A stretch of 64,000 nt of DNA from an uncultured Pseudomonadales bacterium (GTDB lineage Bacteria > Patescibacteriota > Microgenomatia > UBA1400 > PJMF01), in assembly GCA_964404025.1 (NCBI GenBank), contig CAYOIJ010000004.1:782-64781 (forward strand). The letters are read 5' to 3'. The notes under the pieces were generated by a model. It had not been told where the DNA came from and searched no databases. It saw only the letters and a list, made by a program, of their open reading frames with translations. How positions within the stretch are numbered: the stretch's first letter is position 1; the number at the start of each line of letters is the position of its first letter. Positions 29,681-37,610 of the stretch are shown piece by piece. The position numbers and the translations under genes were made by a program.

Positions 29681-31573
29681 TTAATTGTCAAAACTTCGAG
29701 GAGCAATTTCTCGCCAATTAATAATACTAACCTTAAGCTCGTCTGGCCAATTGATTAAAAGATCAGGTCGATAAAGAAAATTTTCCAAAGCCTGAATGTT
29801 GTTTATCTCTTTGTATGATTCTGTGGCGGGCGTGTTGTCATCAGTTTGGCGATTGAGCTCAATGCCTTCAAGACCAATAAAAGTGCCAGCAGCAATTAGT
29901 TTACGATCTGGATAACTGACAAGAGCAGAGTCTTGTTCTTGGCCGTTGACAACAATTTTTTGATTACTAAAGAAAACTCCCTCTAAGTGGGTATTATTAA
30001 AATTAACAGCTGGGTTGTTGAGACTGACTGGATCGAGAGTGGTGCCGACATTAGAGCGAATAATAATATCTTCGGTAGTGAAAAAAGCTAAGAAGCCACC
30101 AGTATTAGCACTGGTTTTTCTAGCGACACTGATGATTTTGGCGCCACTAGCACCGGTATTATCAATGGTTAGTGAACCATTGACAAAGACAACAACACTT
30201 TCCCCATGGTTGACTATAAAATTTTTACTTTGATCAATAGTTAAATTACCATTAACTTCGAAAAAATTTGTTTGGGAACTTGTTAACCAGCCATTATTAC
30301 GCCAATTAAGCAAATTGGTTTCAGCTGGGGTTAGCTGGTGCAAAGTTCCACCAATATTATTTGCCAGTTGTTTAAAGTAGTTATAACTCAATGCTTGAGG
30401 GTTAAAGCCTAAGGCGAATCCGTCTGAACTTTGACTACTAGTTCGTTGACTAGTTAAGTGAATATTAGCTAAGTGCTCATTGGAGTCAATATGAGTTTGT
30501 ATTGAATTAAGACTGGTGCTGGTAAGTAGTGGAAAACCACTGGATAAATTATCATTAGCGGGTTGAGGGACAAAAATGCCAGCCTGACAAGTAGGTAGTA
30601 AGCAGTTATTGGCATTGGGCCCAATTGATCTGAGTAGGTTTCGAGTAAAAGCGTTAGCTCCAAAAATTTGAAACCAGCTTTCTGAATAATTGTTAAAGTA
30701 AAAATTGCGAGTAAGTGTGTCACCTACCGGAACATTTAAGGCGTAGCTACAACCAACTGGACAAGTACAAGAATATGTAAAATCTTGGACATTGGCAGTT
30801 ATGGTCAAAGGATCTCCTTCAGCTATTTCATCAAGATTAAAGTTATAAGTATGGCTATCGATTAAACCATGATTAAAAACGGGATCACTTTTAAGTTGTG
30901 ATTGTAAAAACACTCCATCAGAGTAATTGTTAGCGTTAGTATGACTACAACTATTGCTAGCTGGATTATAGGTAGCACTACTTGATTGATAAAAATTAAC
31001 AGTCACCTCTAGTTGTTTGGTAGGTATGTTTGTCGGCGTTGGTGGTGGATTTGTCGGTGGAGGTCCACTTGTCGGTGTGGGGTTCCAAGGGTCATCATCT
31101 CCCCCTTCGTTTCTTGCGCAGCAGCTCCAGGTTCGGCTACCATATTTTAACTCACAGCCATAATTGGAAGAATTACAACCACAGACATCCCAAGGATAAG
31201 CCCCATCCCAGTCGTCCCGACACTCTTCGTTTCTGGTACATGTTCCACCACCCTGTTGACATCTGCATGTTTGTATTGGTGCTGAGGTTAAATCACATCT
31301 GATACCTCCATATATTGTGCAAGTGCATTCATCGTTGGTGCATGTACAACTATCACCTGTGTAGCCATTGCCAGCACAGTAATTACTCAAACCCCCAGCA
31401 GTACCACTGTAAGCAATAAATCTACAGCCGGTATACCACACCATGCTTGATTGTTGTGATCCATAACAATACCAACCATCTCCACAACGATCATCTGCTT
31501 GAATAGGTGACAGTTTAACCGCTATTGTGATTGCGATAAAGAAAGAGATGAGTAAAAAGATTTTTTTAGTCAT
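29681..31573 (-). CDS. Secreted Cys-rich / beta-rich large protein, putative pilus-associated adhesin
   Basis: Signal peptide 'MTKKIFLLISFFIAITIAVKLSPIQA'. ~140-aa domain with ~30 Cys (CTCTNDECTCT..., CRCQQGGGTC...). Pro/Thr linker 'PTPTSGPPPTNPPPTPTNIPT', then ~440 aa rich in N/S/T/G. Co-oriented with and immediately upstream of a pilin gene. Confidence 0.4.
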   Translation of the reverse strand: MTKKIFLLISFFIAITIAVKLSPIQADDRCGDGWYCYGSQQSSMVWYTGCRFIAYSGTAGGLSNYCAGNGYTGDSCTCTNDECTCTIYGGIRCDLTSAPIQTCRCQQGGGTCTRNEECRDDWDGAYPWDVCGCNSSNYGCELKYGSRTWSCCARNEGGDDDPWNPTPTSGPPPTNPPPTPTNIPTKQLEVTVNFYQSSSATYNPASNSCSHTNANNYSDGVFLQSQLKSDPVFNHGLIDSHTYNFNLDEIAEGDPLTITANVQDFTYSCTCPVGCSYALNVPVGDTLTRNFYFNNYSESWFQIFGANAFTRNLLRSIGPNANNCLLPTCQAGIFVPQPANDNLSSGFPLLTSTSLNSIQTHIDSNEHLANIHLTSQRTSSQSSDGFALGFNPQALSYNYFKQLANNIGGTLHQLTPAETNLLNWRNNGWLTSSQTNFFEVNGNLTIDQSKNFIVNHGESVVVFVNGSLTIDNTGASGAKIISVARKTSANTGGFLAFFTTEDIIIRSNVGTTLDPVSLNNPAVNFNNTHLEGVFFSNQKIVVNGQEQDSALVSYPDRKLIAAGTFIGLEGIELNRQTDDNTPATESYKEINNIQALENFLYRPDLLINWPDELKVSIINWREIAPRSFDN

Positions 31574-32282
31574 TGATAAGTTTGTAGCTTACTACTGGCC
31601 AAAAGTAGCGCTTACCACTTACTTCTGGTAAAAATTGTGTATCGCCAGTTTGATAGAAACTTGTTAAATCTTCCATGGTGTAGGGCGGATTGGATTCCAA
31701 CAATGTTTCAAAGGCAGCTCCTCTGGTTTTTTCAAGCCTTAGTTCGGCACTGGGATAATCAAGGTCAACTTTAATGCTTTTACCCACGGCCACACTTTCC
31801 CCCCAAAAAGTCTCAGTCATGGCCTCGTACCAAGTTAGAGAGGTAATCTCGGCAATTTGTCTGATTAAATCCTCATCTGGTTCGATTTGCATATCTGCTC
31901 CAACCAAGAGATACTCCATTTTTTCAGGATGATAAATGTGGAGTGGCAAATGGATTATTTCGACTTCTTGCAAAACATTCAAGTATGAACAGGCAATATC
32001 TGCCAAGACTTTCCACCCCCCAGGAACAACAGGAGCTCGTTGATAATTGCGATATTGATTGATATTTTCAATTTGACACTCTAAGCGATGAATCTGAAAA
32101 AATTCCCCTTGTTCTGGAACGATGGGAAACTGATTTGTTTTTTGTTCTTGACCTTGATAGTGAACGATCGGTTGAGGGTTCGAGTTTTGTTGTAGCCGCA
32201 TTTTGCGCCAAAAAAACAAAAAAATACTTGTAAAAAGAAGAAGAATCAATAGAGCTAACAGTAAGTAATTTTTTTTCTGCAC
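31566..32282 (-). CDS. Membrane-anchored hypothetical protein
   Basis: N-terminal TM 'YLLLALLILLLFTSIFLFFW'. Overlaps the start of the downstream adhesin-like gene by 8 nt. Confidence 0.35.
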   Translation of the reverse strand: MQKKNYLLLALLILLLFTSIFLFFWRKMRLQQNSNPQPIVHYQGQEQKTNQFPIVPEQGEFFQIHRLECQIENINQYRNYQRAPVVPGGWKVLADIACSYLNVLQEVEIIHLPLHIYHPEKMEYLLVGADMQIEPDEDLIRQIAEITSLTWYEAMTETFWGESVAVGKSIKVDLDYPSAELRLEKTRGAAFETLLESNPPYTMEDLTSFYQTGDTQFLPEVSGKRYFWPVVSYKLIND

Positions 32283-32340
32283 TAGCCATTAGTCTAAAGA
32301 TTTTTTTGCCAGCTGACAAGGCCTATTTTATTTATTCAGT

Positions 32341-33519
32341 CTATGGCAGTGCTTGCCAGTGTTGTGGGAATGGAGGTCCATCTGGATTGCGCCATTGTTG
32401 TGAATCATTTGCCCAACTTGCTACTTCCTCAATGAAGGTTTGGTTTTGGTAGTTGTCTGTCGTTGACAAAGTGGCGTAATTGACAAAGGGGTAGATAAAA
32501 GGGATTTCAATACCGGTTTTGCTATCAAGCATGAAGTAAGGAAAAAGATCAGTGTTACCTGTGTTTCTAAAATCAAGCATTTGCTCTTCGCTGTAGCTTG
32601 GGTCTTCTACCATTCCAGCGCCACCAATAAACTCTTCATTGCCTGGATATTCACTATCAAAATTGATAAAGGCACCCGGTCCCATCCAATAGCCTTGTTT
32701 TGCATAGTTCGTCATAAATGAGACCCTAAAATCATAATCTGGATTATAATTAAAATTAGGATTGCTGTAATTGCTTATTATATCTCTAAAATGATGTCCG
32801 CTATCTATTTGACTTGCATATCTAGGAGGAGAAAATATGGGGCTTTTGTCCCACATCAATTCTTTTTCAATTTCCCAAATGTCAATGGGTAGTAGCACCA
32901 TTTGGTATTGGCCGCTCGCATTTTTGTAAATGGCTTCGATCCAGGCCATGATTTTTTTGTTGGCAGCTGTGGTGGGTGCTTGGTCGTAGCGAGCTTGGCT
33001 ATTGAGAGAATCTACACCAACAACCAGCATGGTTTTAAAGACTCGATCATCACTAAAACTAGTTTCAAGAGCCTCCATAAAACCCTCTAAGTCTTGAATT
33101 TCACTAAACCAAAGGTTGTTTGAATTATCTATATTTTCTAGATCAATGCCTGCTTCTCTAGCTCGTTGAATACAGTATTCATGCATGTTTTCAGCTTCAG
33201 TTTTTTCTGGAGTAGCGGTATTTTCTGGGGTGGCAGTGTACTCTGGGGTGCTAGTTGCAGTTATTGTTTCAACAATTGTTTCTTCGCCCTCGCCAGGGAC
33301 ATCAAGCCCATCAATAGTTTGAGTGATGGCCGGTCTAGTTTCTTGGGCTTGTCCTTCTGGGGTACAAGAAGTGAGAATGAAGGTGGCCAAAGTGACAAAG
33401 CCCAGAGCTCTATAGACCTCCGCTTTTATCTTAGCCATCTTGATTGGCAAATTTTTTAAAGATTCAGGCAGTTCTTGTTTAGAGCTAATTTTTGCCTGTT
33501 TGTTTTCAATCTTGTTCAT
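32341..33519 (-). CDS. Putative lipoprotein / anchored secreted protein with Thr/Pro/Glu-rich linker
   Basis: 'MAKIKAEVYRALGFVTLATFILTSC' resembles a lipobox signal (an internal start at 33438 is possible). The repeat 'TATSTPEYTATPENTATPEKTE' is followed by a ~280-aa globular region. Confidence 0.35.
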   Translation of the reverse strand: MNKIENKQAKISSKQELPESLKNLPIKMAKIKAEVYRALGFVTLATFILTSCTPEGQAQETRPAITQTIDGLDVPGEGEETIVETITATSTPEYTATPENTATPEKTEAENMHEYCIQRAREAGIDLENIDNSNNLWFSEIQDLEGFMEALETSFSDDRVFKTMLVVGVDSLNSQARYDQAPTTAANKKIMAWIEAIYKNASGQYQMVLLPIDIWEIEKELMWDKSPIFSPPRYASQIDSGHHFRDIISNYSNPNFNYNPDYDFRVSFMTNYAKQGYWMGPGAFINFDSEYPGNEEFIGGAGMVEDPSYSEEQMLDFRNTGNTDLFPYFMLDSKTGIEIPFIYPFVNYATLSTTDNYQNQTFIEEVASWANDSQQWRNPDGPPFPQHWQALP

Positions 33520-33671
33520 TACCGCCTTCCTTTATGTATATTATATAAAGACTCAGTATCAGGTCATTATATCACAAACCCTCAGCTCTCCCCTTGCCTT
33601 TTAGCTCTTTTGCCCTTAGAATAAAGCCCTCATTTAGGATAAAATACGTAAAACAAATAAAAAGGAAACTC

Positions 33672-33830
33672 ATGGGAGCCCTACCAAAAAATAAAATTAC
33701 TAAAGTTGAGCGAGGCAAGCGTCGTGCTGGTAATAAACCCAGTCTCAAAAAAGATGCTAAACGCGCTTCTACCCCAGCCCACAAACAGGGTTTGGTAGCT
33801 AGTATTTTTAAAAAAATCGGCCTTAATTAA
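33672..33830 (+). CDS. rpmF: 50S ribosomal protein L32
   Basis: 'MGALPKNKITKVERGKRRAGNKPSL' matches the L32 N-terminal pattern (PK.K.SK..R.KRR). AAAGGAAA RBS 6 nt upstream of the ATG at 33672. The 5'-extended ORF-track version (from 33594) is rejected. Confidence 0.55.
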   Translation: MGALPKNKITKVERGKRRAGNKPSLKKDAKRASTPAHKQGLVASIFKKIGLN

Positions 33831-33911
33831 AGCTTTTTTGAGTTTTCTCTTGACTAAAAGGAGATTATTTTCCCTCTTGCAAGTTTAGCTTTTTTCCCCT
33901 AATCTACTGCT

Positions 33912-34364
33912 ATGGATAAACGTCACAGTCGGCGCCTTGAGCGCATGCAAATCTTATTCGCTAGGACTTTTTTAAAGCCCATGGAGCCAGAAATGGAGCC
34001 AATGATCTTACCTATGCCTGAACGCTTATGGTTTGCTGATTTGGTCAAAGAGTTAGCTGACATTGATCGAGAGTTGGCTATTTATGCTTCAGAAAGACCG
34101 CTGACAGACATTAACAAGGTGGATTTAGCAATTTTGCGCCTCATTGTTTTTGAGGGTCGCACTCAAGACACTCCCAAGAAAGTTTTAGTTGATGAAGCGA
34201 TCGAATTGGCTAAAGAGTTTGGTACAGAAAATTCACCTAAGTTTATTAATGGAGTGTTGGGTAAAATTTTATTTATGAAAAAGGCTAAGGATAAATCACC
34301 AGCTAAGAGCGAAACTCCAGATAAGAAGAAAAAAACTAAGCAAGCGAAAACAAAAAATGAATAA
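33912..34364 (+). CDS. nusB: Transcription antitermination factor NusB with lysine-rich C-terminal tail
   Basis: 'RHSRRLERMQILFA' start and 'INGVLGKIL', like NusB; C-terminal 'KSPAKSETPDKKKKTKQAKTKNE'. Confidence 0.65.
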   Translation: MDKRHSRRLERMQILFARTFLKPMEPEMEPMILPMPERLWFADLVKELADIDRELAIYASERPLTDINKVDLAILRLIVFEGRTQDTPKKVLVDEAIELAKEFGTENSPKFINGVLGKILFMKKAKDKSPAKSETPDKKKKTKQAKTKNE

Positions 34365-34629
34365 TCCTGATATACAGTTTTTCTCTCAAGTACAAGATCT
34401 TTTAGAGACAGTGACTGTTAATAGTTGCCAAGAAATTATTCCCGAAGCTAATTTAGAAGAAGATTTAGGCTTAAGCTTGGAAGAAGATTTACCAAGATTG
34501 GTGGCTACAATTAATCGTCATTTTGAGATTAATCTCGATCCAGAAATAGTGATTAAAGAATTGACTGAGGCTGGAGCAACGGTAGCTGAACTAGCGAAAC
34601 TTATTCACGACGAGTACGAATTGGGTTAG
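34357..34629 (+). CDS. Acyl-carrier-protein-like (phosphopantetheine-binding) small protein
   Basis: 'EEDLGLSLEEDLPRLVATINRHFEINLDPE' parallels the ACP motif '[27 protein letters not shown]'. Lies immediately upstream of rnc, as acpA does in Bacillus. Confidence 0.45.
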   Translation: MNNPDIQFFSQVQDLLETVTVNSCQEIIPEANLEEDLGLSLEEDLPRLVATINRHFEINLDPEIVIKELTEAGATVAELAKLIHDEYELG

Positions 34630-34638
34630 AATAGATAA

Positions 34639-35319
34639 GTGATGTTACCGACATTTAAGAATCAAGATCTATTAATTACTGCCCTCACCCACCGCAGTGC
34701 GCTTAATGAAAAAGAACAATCTGGCACAACTGCCAGTGAATCTAATGAGCGTCTTGAATTTTTGGGTGATGCGGTGTTAGAGCTGGCCAGCACCATTTTT
34801 CTTTATCGCGAGCGACCTAGTGATGCAGAAGGGATGTTGACTACTTATCGCAGTGCCCTAGTGCGCACTGAAACTTTAGCACAACTAGCCAAGGAATTGG
34901 GTTTAGATCAGCGCATGTATTTAAGCAGAGGTGAAGAGGTTGGTGGTGGACGAGATAATCCGGGATTGTTGGCTGATTTGCTAGAAGCAGTAGTTGGCGC
35001 TCTTTATTTAGACCAAGGATTTGAGATTGTTCAATCTTTTTTAGAAAAGGTTTTATTTCCCAAGTTTACCGAGATTTTAGCTAGCAAAGCTTATCGTGAT
35101 CAAAAAAGTGTTTTGCAAGAAGTGGTGCAAGCTCGTTCTCTCCCCACTCCTGTTTACCGAGTAGTTAAGGAAGAAGGTCCAGATCACGATAAACTATTTA
35201 CAGTTGAGGTCTTAATTGGGAAAGAAGTTTGGGGGCTTGGTAGAGGTCAAAGTAAGCAACGAGCTCAACAAGCTAGTGCTAGAATGGCTTTGAAAAAAAT
35301 TATTAAAAATGATGACTGA
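34639..35319 (+). CDS. rnc: Ribonuclease III
   Basis: RNase III signature 'ERLEFLGDAVLEL' and a C-terminal dsRBD. Confidence 0.9.
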   Translation: MMLPTFKNQDLLITALTHRSALNEKEQSGTTASESNERLEFLGDAVLELASTIFLYRERPSDAEGMLTTYRSALVRTETLAQLAKELGLDQRMYLSRGEEVGGGRDNPGLLADLLEAVVGALYLDQGFEIVQSFLEKVLFPKFTEILASKAYRDQKSVLQEVVQARSLPTPVYRVVKEEGPDHDKLFTVEVLIGKEVWGLGRGQSKQRAQQASARMALKKIIKNDD

Positions 35320-35392
35320 TGGAAACAAGCGAATTGATCAAATTTAAACTTGCCCTTGAGATATTTGTCTTTTTCTTGTAGAATTCTCCGAT

Positions 35393-35872
35393 ATGCTGAA
35401 AATTAAATTAGCCCGATTTGGTAAAAAAAATCAAGCCCATTATCGAATAGTGGTCAATGAAGCCCGGGATCGCCGAGACGGTCAATATGTGGCTCTCATA
35501 GGTCATTATTCTCCAAGTTATCAACCCAAAGTTTTGGAAATTGATGTTAAGGTTTATGACGAATGGATTGCCAAGGGCGCTCAACCCACCGATACCGTAG
35601 CCGCTCTTTATAAGCGTTTTAAATCTGGCAAGCCTTTTCCTGAAAGAAAAGCTAGACTGTCTAAAAAAGCCAAGGCTAAGCTGGAGGCTGCTAAAGAAGA
35701 AAAAAAGAAGCCTGTTGAGAAAGTGGCTGAGGAAAAACCAGCTAAGGTTGAAGAAAAGCCCACTAAAGTTGAAGAAAAGCCCACTGAAGTTGAAGAAAAA
35801 CCAGCCGAAGAAAAAGTCACTGAAGAAAAACCCACTGAAGAAAAACCAAACGAAAAGACTAAGGCTGAATAA
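35393..35872 (+). CDS. rpsP: 30S ribosomal protein S16 with repetitive C-terminal extension
   Basis: 'MLKIKLARFGKKNQAHYRIVV' is the S16 N-terminus. The ~70-aa tail carries EEKPTKVEEKPTEVEEKPAEEK repeats. Confidence 0.85.
   Translation: MLKIKLARFGKKNQAHYRIVVNEARDRRDGQYVALIGHYSPSYQPKVLEIDVKVYDEWIAKGAQPTDTVAALYKRFKSGKPFPERKARLSKKAKAKLEAAKEEKKKPVEKVAEEKPAKVEEKPTKVEEKPTEVEEKPAEEKVTEEKPTEEKPNEKTKAE
35735..35855 (+). repeat. Tandem ~24-bp repeats within the rpsP 3' region (encode VEEKPTK units)
   Basis: gttgaagaaaagcccactaaa / gttgaagaaaagcccactgaa / gttgaagaaaaaccagccgaa read from the sequence. Confidence 0.75.
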
Positions 35873-35894
35873 TTAATAACAATATAAAGCGAAC

Positions 35895-36134
35895 ATGAAA
35901 AGTTTATTGGAATTTGTTTTACTGCGTTTAATTAAATTTCCTGAAGATCTCAAGATTGATGAGATTGAGGAATTTGGCCACCACAAATATTTAATTAAGC
36001 TCAATGAAGAAGATTATGGTCGGGTGATTGGTAAGGGTGGTAAGGTAATTCGGGCTATTCGTAAGTTGGCTCAAACGCGAGCTATTAAAGATCAAGTCCG
36101 TGTCCGAGTTGATTTACTTGAAGATAATAACTAG
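35895..36134 (+). CDS. KH-domain RNA-binding protein (YlqC-like)
   Basis: 'RVIGKGGKVIRAIRKLA' GXXG KH motif; its position after rpsP is conserved. Confidence 0.75.
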   Translation: MKSLLEFVLLRLIKFPEDLKIDEIEEFGHHKYLIKLNEEDYGRVIGKGGKVIRAIRKLAQTRAIKDQVRVRVDLLEDNN

Positions 36135-36137
36135 TTA

Positions 36138-37007
36138 TCAATTGTCAACCGTTTCTTCTATAAGTTGTCCGTCTTCGTCATAAGTCTGCCACTCTACCTC
36201 GTCTAATTCAGTTTGACTAGCTTCCAGTTGCGCTTCTAATTCCTCAATACTCATTCCTTGTAAACCAAAGAGATTGCCTCGGTCATTTTTTAGGACTTCT
36301 TCTTGGATTGGCAAGTTGCCGGGAATCAACTTTTTAATTTCTTCCAGGATGATTAGTTGATCGTTAGCTATTGGTGGCAATGGTTCTGTAATGGTGACAC
36401 TAATAGGCTGAGTAAAATAAAAGGTTTTTAGTGTTAAGTTGGCAGTCGTGTTGACTGAGCCAAGTTCATTAACTTCTCGACTGAGAGAGATATTGGTAAT
36501 AGTGCTAATGGGAGTAACCTGCTCAATGAGTGTCATAAAGCTTTGTACATTTCTAAGTGTGCCTGAAACAGCAAATTCCAATTCTAGTTCGTCATAGTTT
36601 TTTTGTTTTTTAGTTTTGCTTAAAAGAGTGCTGTCGGTAGCGATCTCTCCTGGAGAGAGGGAAAAATTTTCAACTAGAGTTTCACTCTGAATAGATACAT
36701 TATTGAGGTTATCTAGCAACTCTAATAGGGGTTTGTGTGAAGGCAGGACCTCATCAATTTCACTCATTTTTTTAAACTCACTATCAAAGGCCATATTGGC
36801 TAGTTCGTCAGCTTTGGTTTGAAATTTATTTAATTCTTGATTGGTTTTATCTAGTTCAGCAAAAACCGCCTTGATGGGAGTGATTTGTCGCAGAATTACC
36901 ATGGTAAAAATTACAAATGATAAGGTAAAAAACAAGATTGCTAAAACTAGTTCTTTGCGAGTATTCCAAATGAGCTTGTAGTTAAATTCTTGTTTATTAA
37001 CTGACAT
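36138..37007 (-). CDS. pilO: PilO-like type IV pilus assembly protein
   Basis: N-terminal TM, then a coiled coil; lies directly downstream of the pilM-pilN genes. Confidence 0.45.
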   Translation of the reverse strand: MSVNKQEFNYKLIWNTRKELVLAILFFTLSFVIFTMVILRQITPIKAVFAELDKTNQELNKFQTKADELANMAFDSEFKKMSEIDEVLPSHKPLLELLDNLNNVSIQSETLVENFSLSPGEIATDSTLLSKTKKQKNYDELELEFAVSGTLRNVQSFMTLIEQVTPISTITNISLSREVNELGSVNTTANLTLKTFYFTQPISVTITEPLPPIANDQLIILEEIKKLIPGNLPIQEEVLKNDRGNLFGLQGMSIEELEAQLEASQTELDEVEWQTYDEDGQLIEETVDN

Positions 37008-37610
37008 TTAATTATCTTCTTCCTCAATTAAGTCACTATTTTCTGTACCCAATAAACCTAAGTCTTCAACAGTTTTGAGTTGAATTTTTAGACTAAGTTG
37101 GTAGTTTCCTTGGTCTTCTCTTTTCAAAGAAGTTTTTTCAACATTTTTATAAACATCTTTAACTAGAGAAGAATTAATAATTGCCATACTCTCTTCTAGT
37201 GGAAAAACACTGCTGTGATCTAATTGAAGAATTAAACCACCACTGCTTTCGTTGTAAGTCATGCCAGTGATTGTGGCAACATCAGTCATTAAATCAGCAA
37301 AATAATTCATGGCTGCTTGTTTATCACTTCGTGCGGAATAAATTTCACCAACTGATTGGAGTTTATTGACAAAGATTAGGTAAGATAATTCTATTTCTTC
37401 TTGATCAAGAATGGTCTTTTTTAATTTAGCGATTGTTTCTACTTTGTTTTTGATTCTTAAATTGACTAGTAGTCTGAGTCCCACAACAGCCAACAATAAA
37501 AAGACTACTGTTGACAGAACAATAACAGCTATTTTAAACAATTTTTTATCTTGTTGTTTTTCTTTTTGTTTATGTCTGGTCTGACTAGACAAAAAATTAA
37601 TTTCAATCAT
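37008..37610 (-). CDS. pilN: PilN-like type IV pilus assembly protein
   Basis: 'MIEINFL' N-terminus (the INLLP-like PilM-binding peptide), a single TM, and coiled coil; 4-nt overlap with pilM. Confidence 0.55.
   Translation of the reverse strand: MIEINFLSSQTRHKQKEKQQDKKLFKIAVIVLSTVVFLLLAVVGLRLLVNLRIKNKVETIAKLKKTILDQEEIELSYLIFVNKLQSVGEIYSARSDKQAAMNYFADLMTDVATITGMTYNESSGGLILQLDHSSVFPLEESMAIINSSLVKDVYKNVEKTSLKREDQGNYQLSLKIQLKTVEDLGLLGTENSDLIEEEDN

Noticed and set aside
33594-33830. ORF-track version of the L32 gene with a 26-codon N-terminal extension (MPFSSFALRIK...), and the antisense ORF 33572-33784
   Set aside because: The extension has no homology and an RBS (AAAGGAAA) sits right before the internal ATG at 33672. 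The antisense ORF is an arginine/leucine-rich mirror artefact.
35608-35835. Minus-strand 75-aa ORF antisense to the rpsP repeat tail
   Set aside because: Created by the repetitive GAAGAAAAGCC units read in reverse (FSS/GFSS repeats); the plus strand carries the conserved S16 frame.
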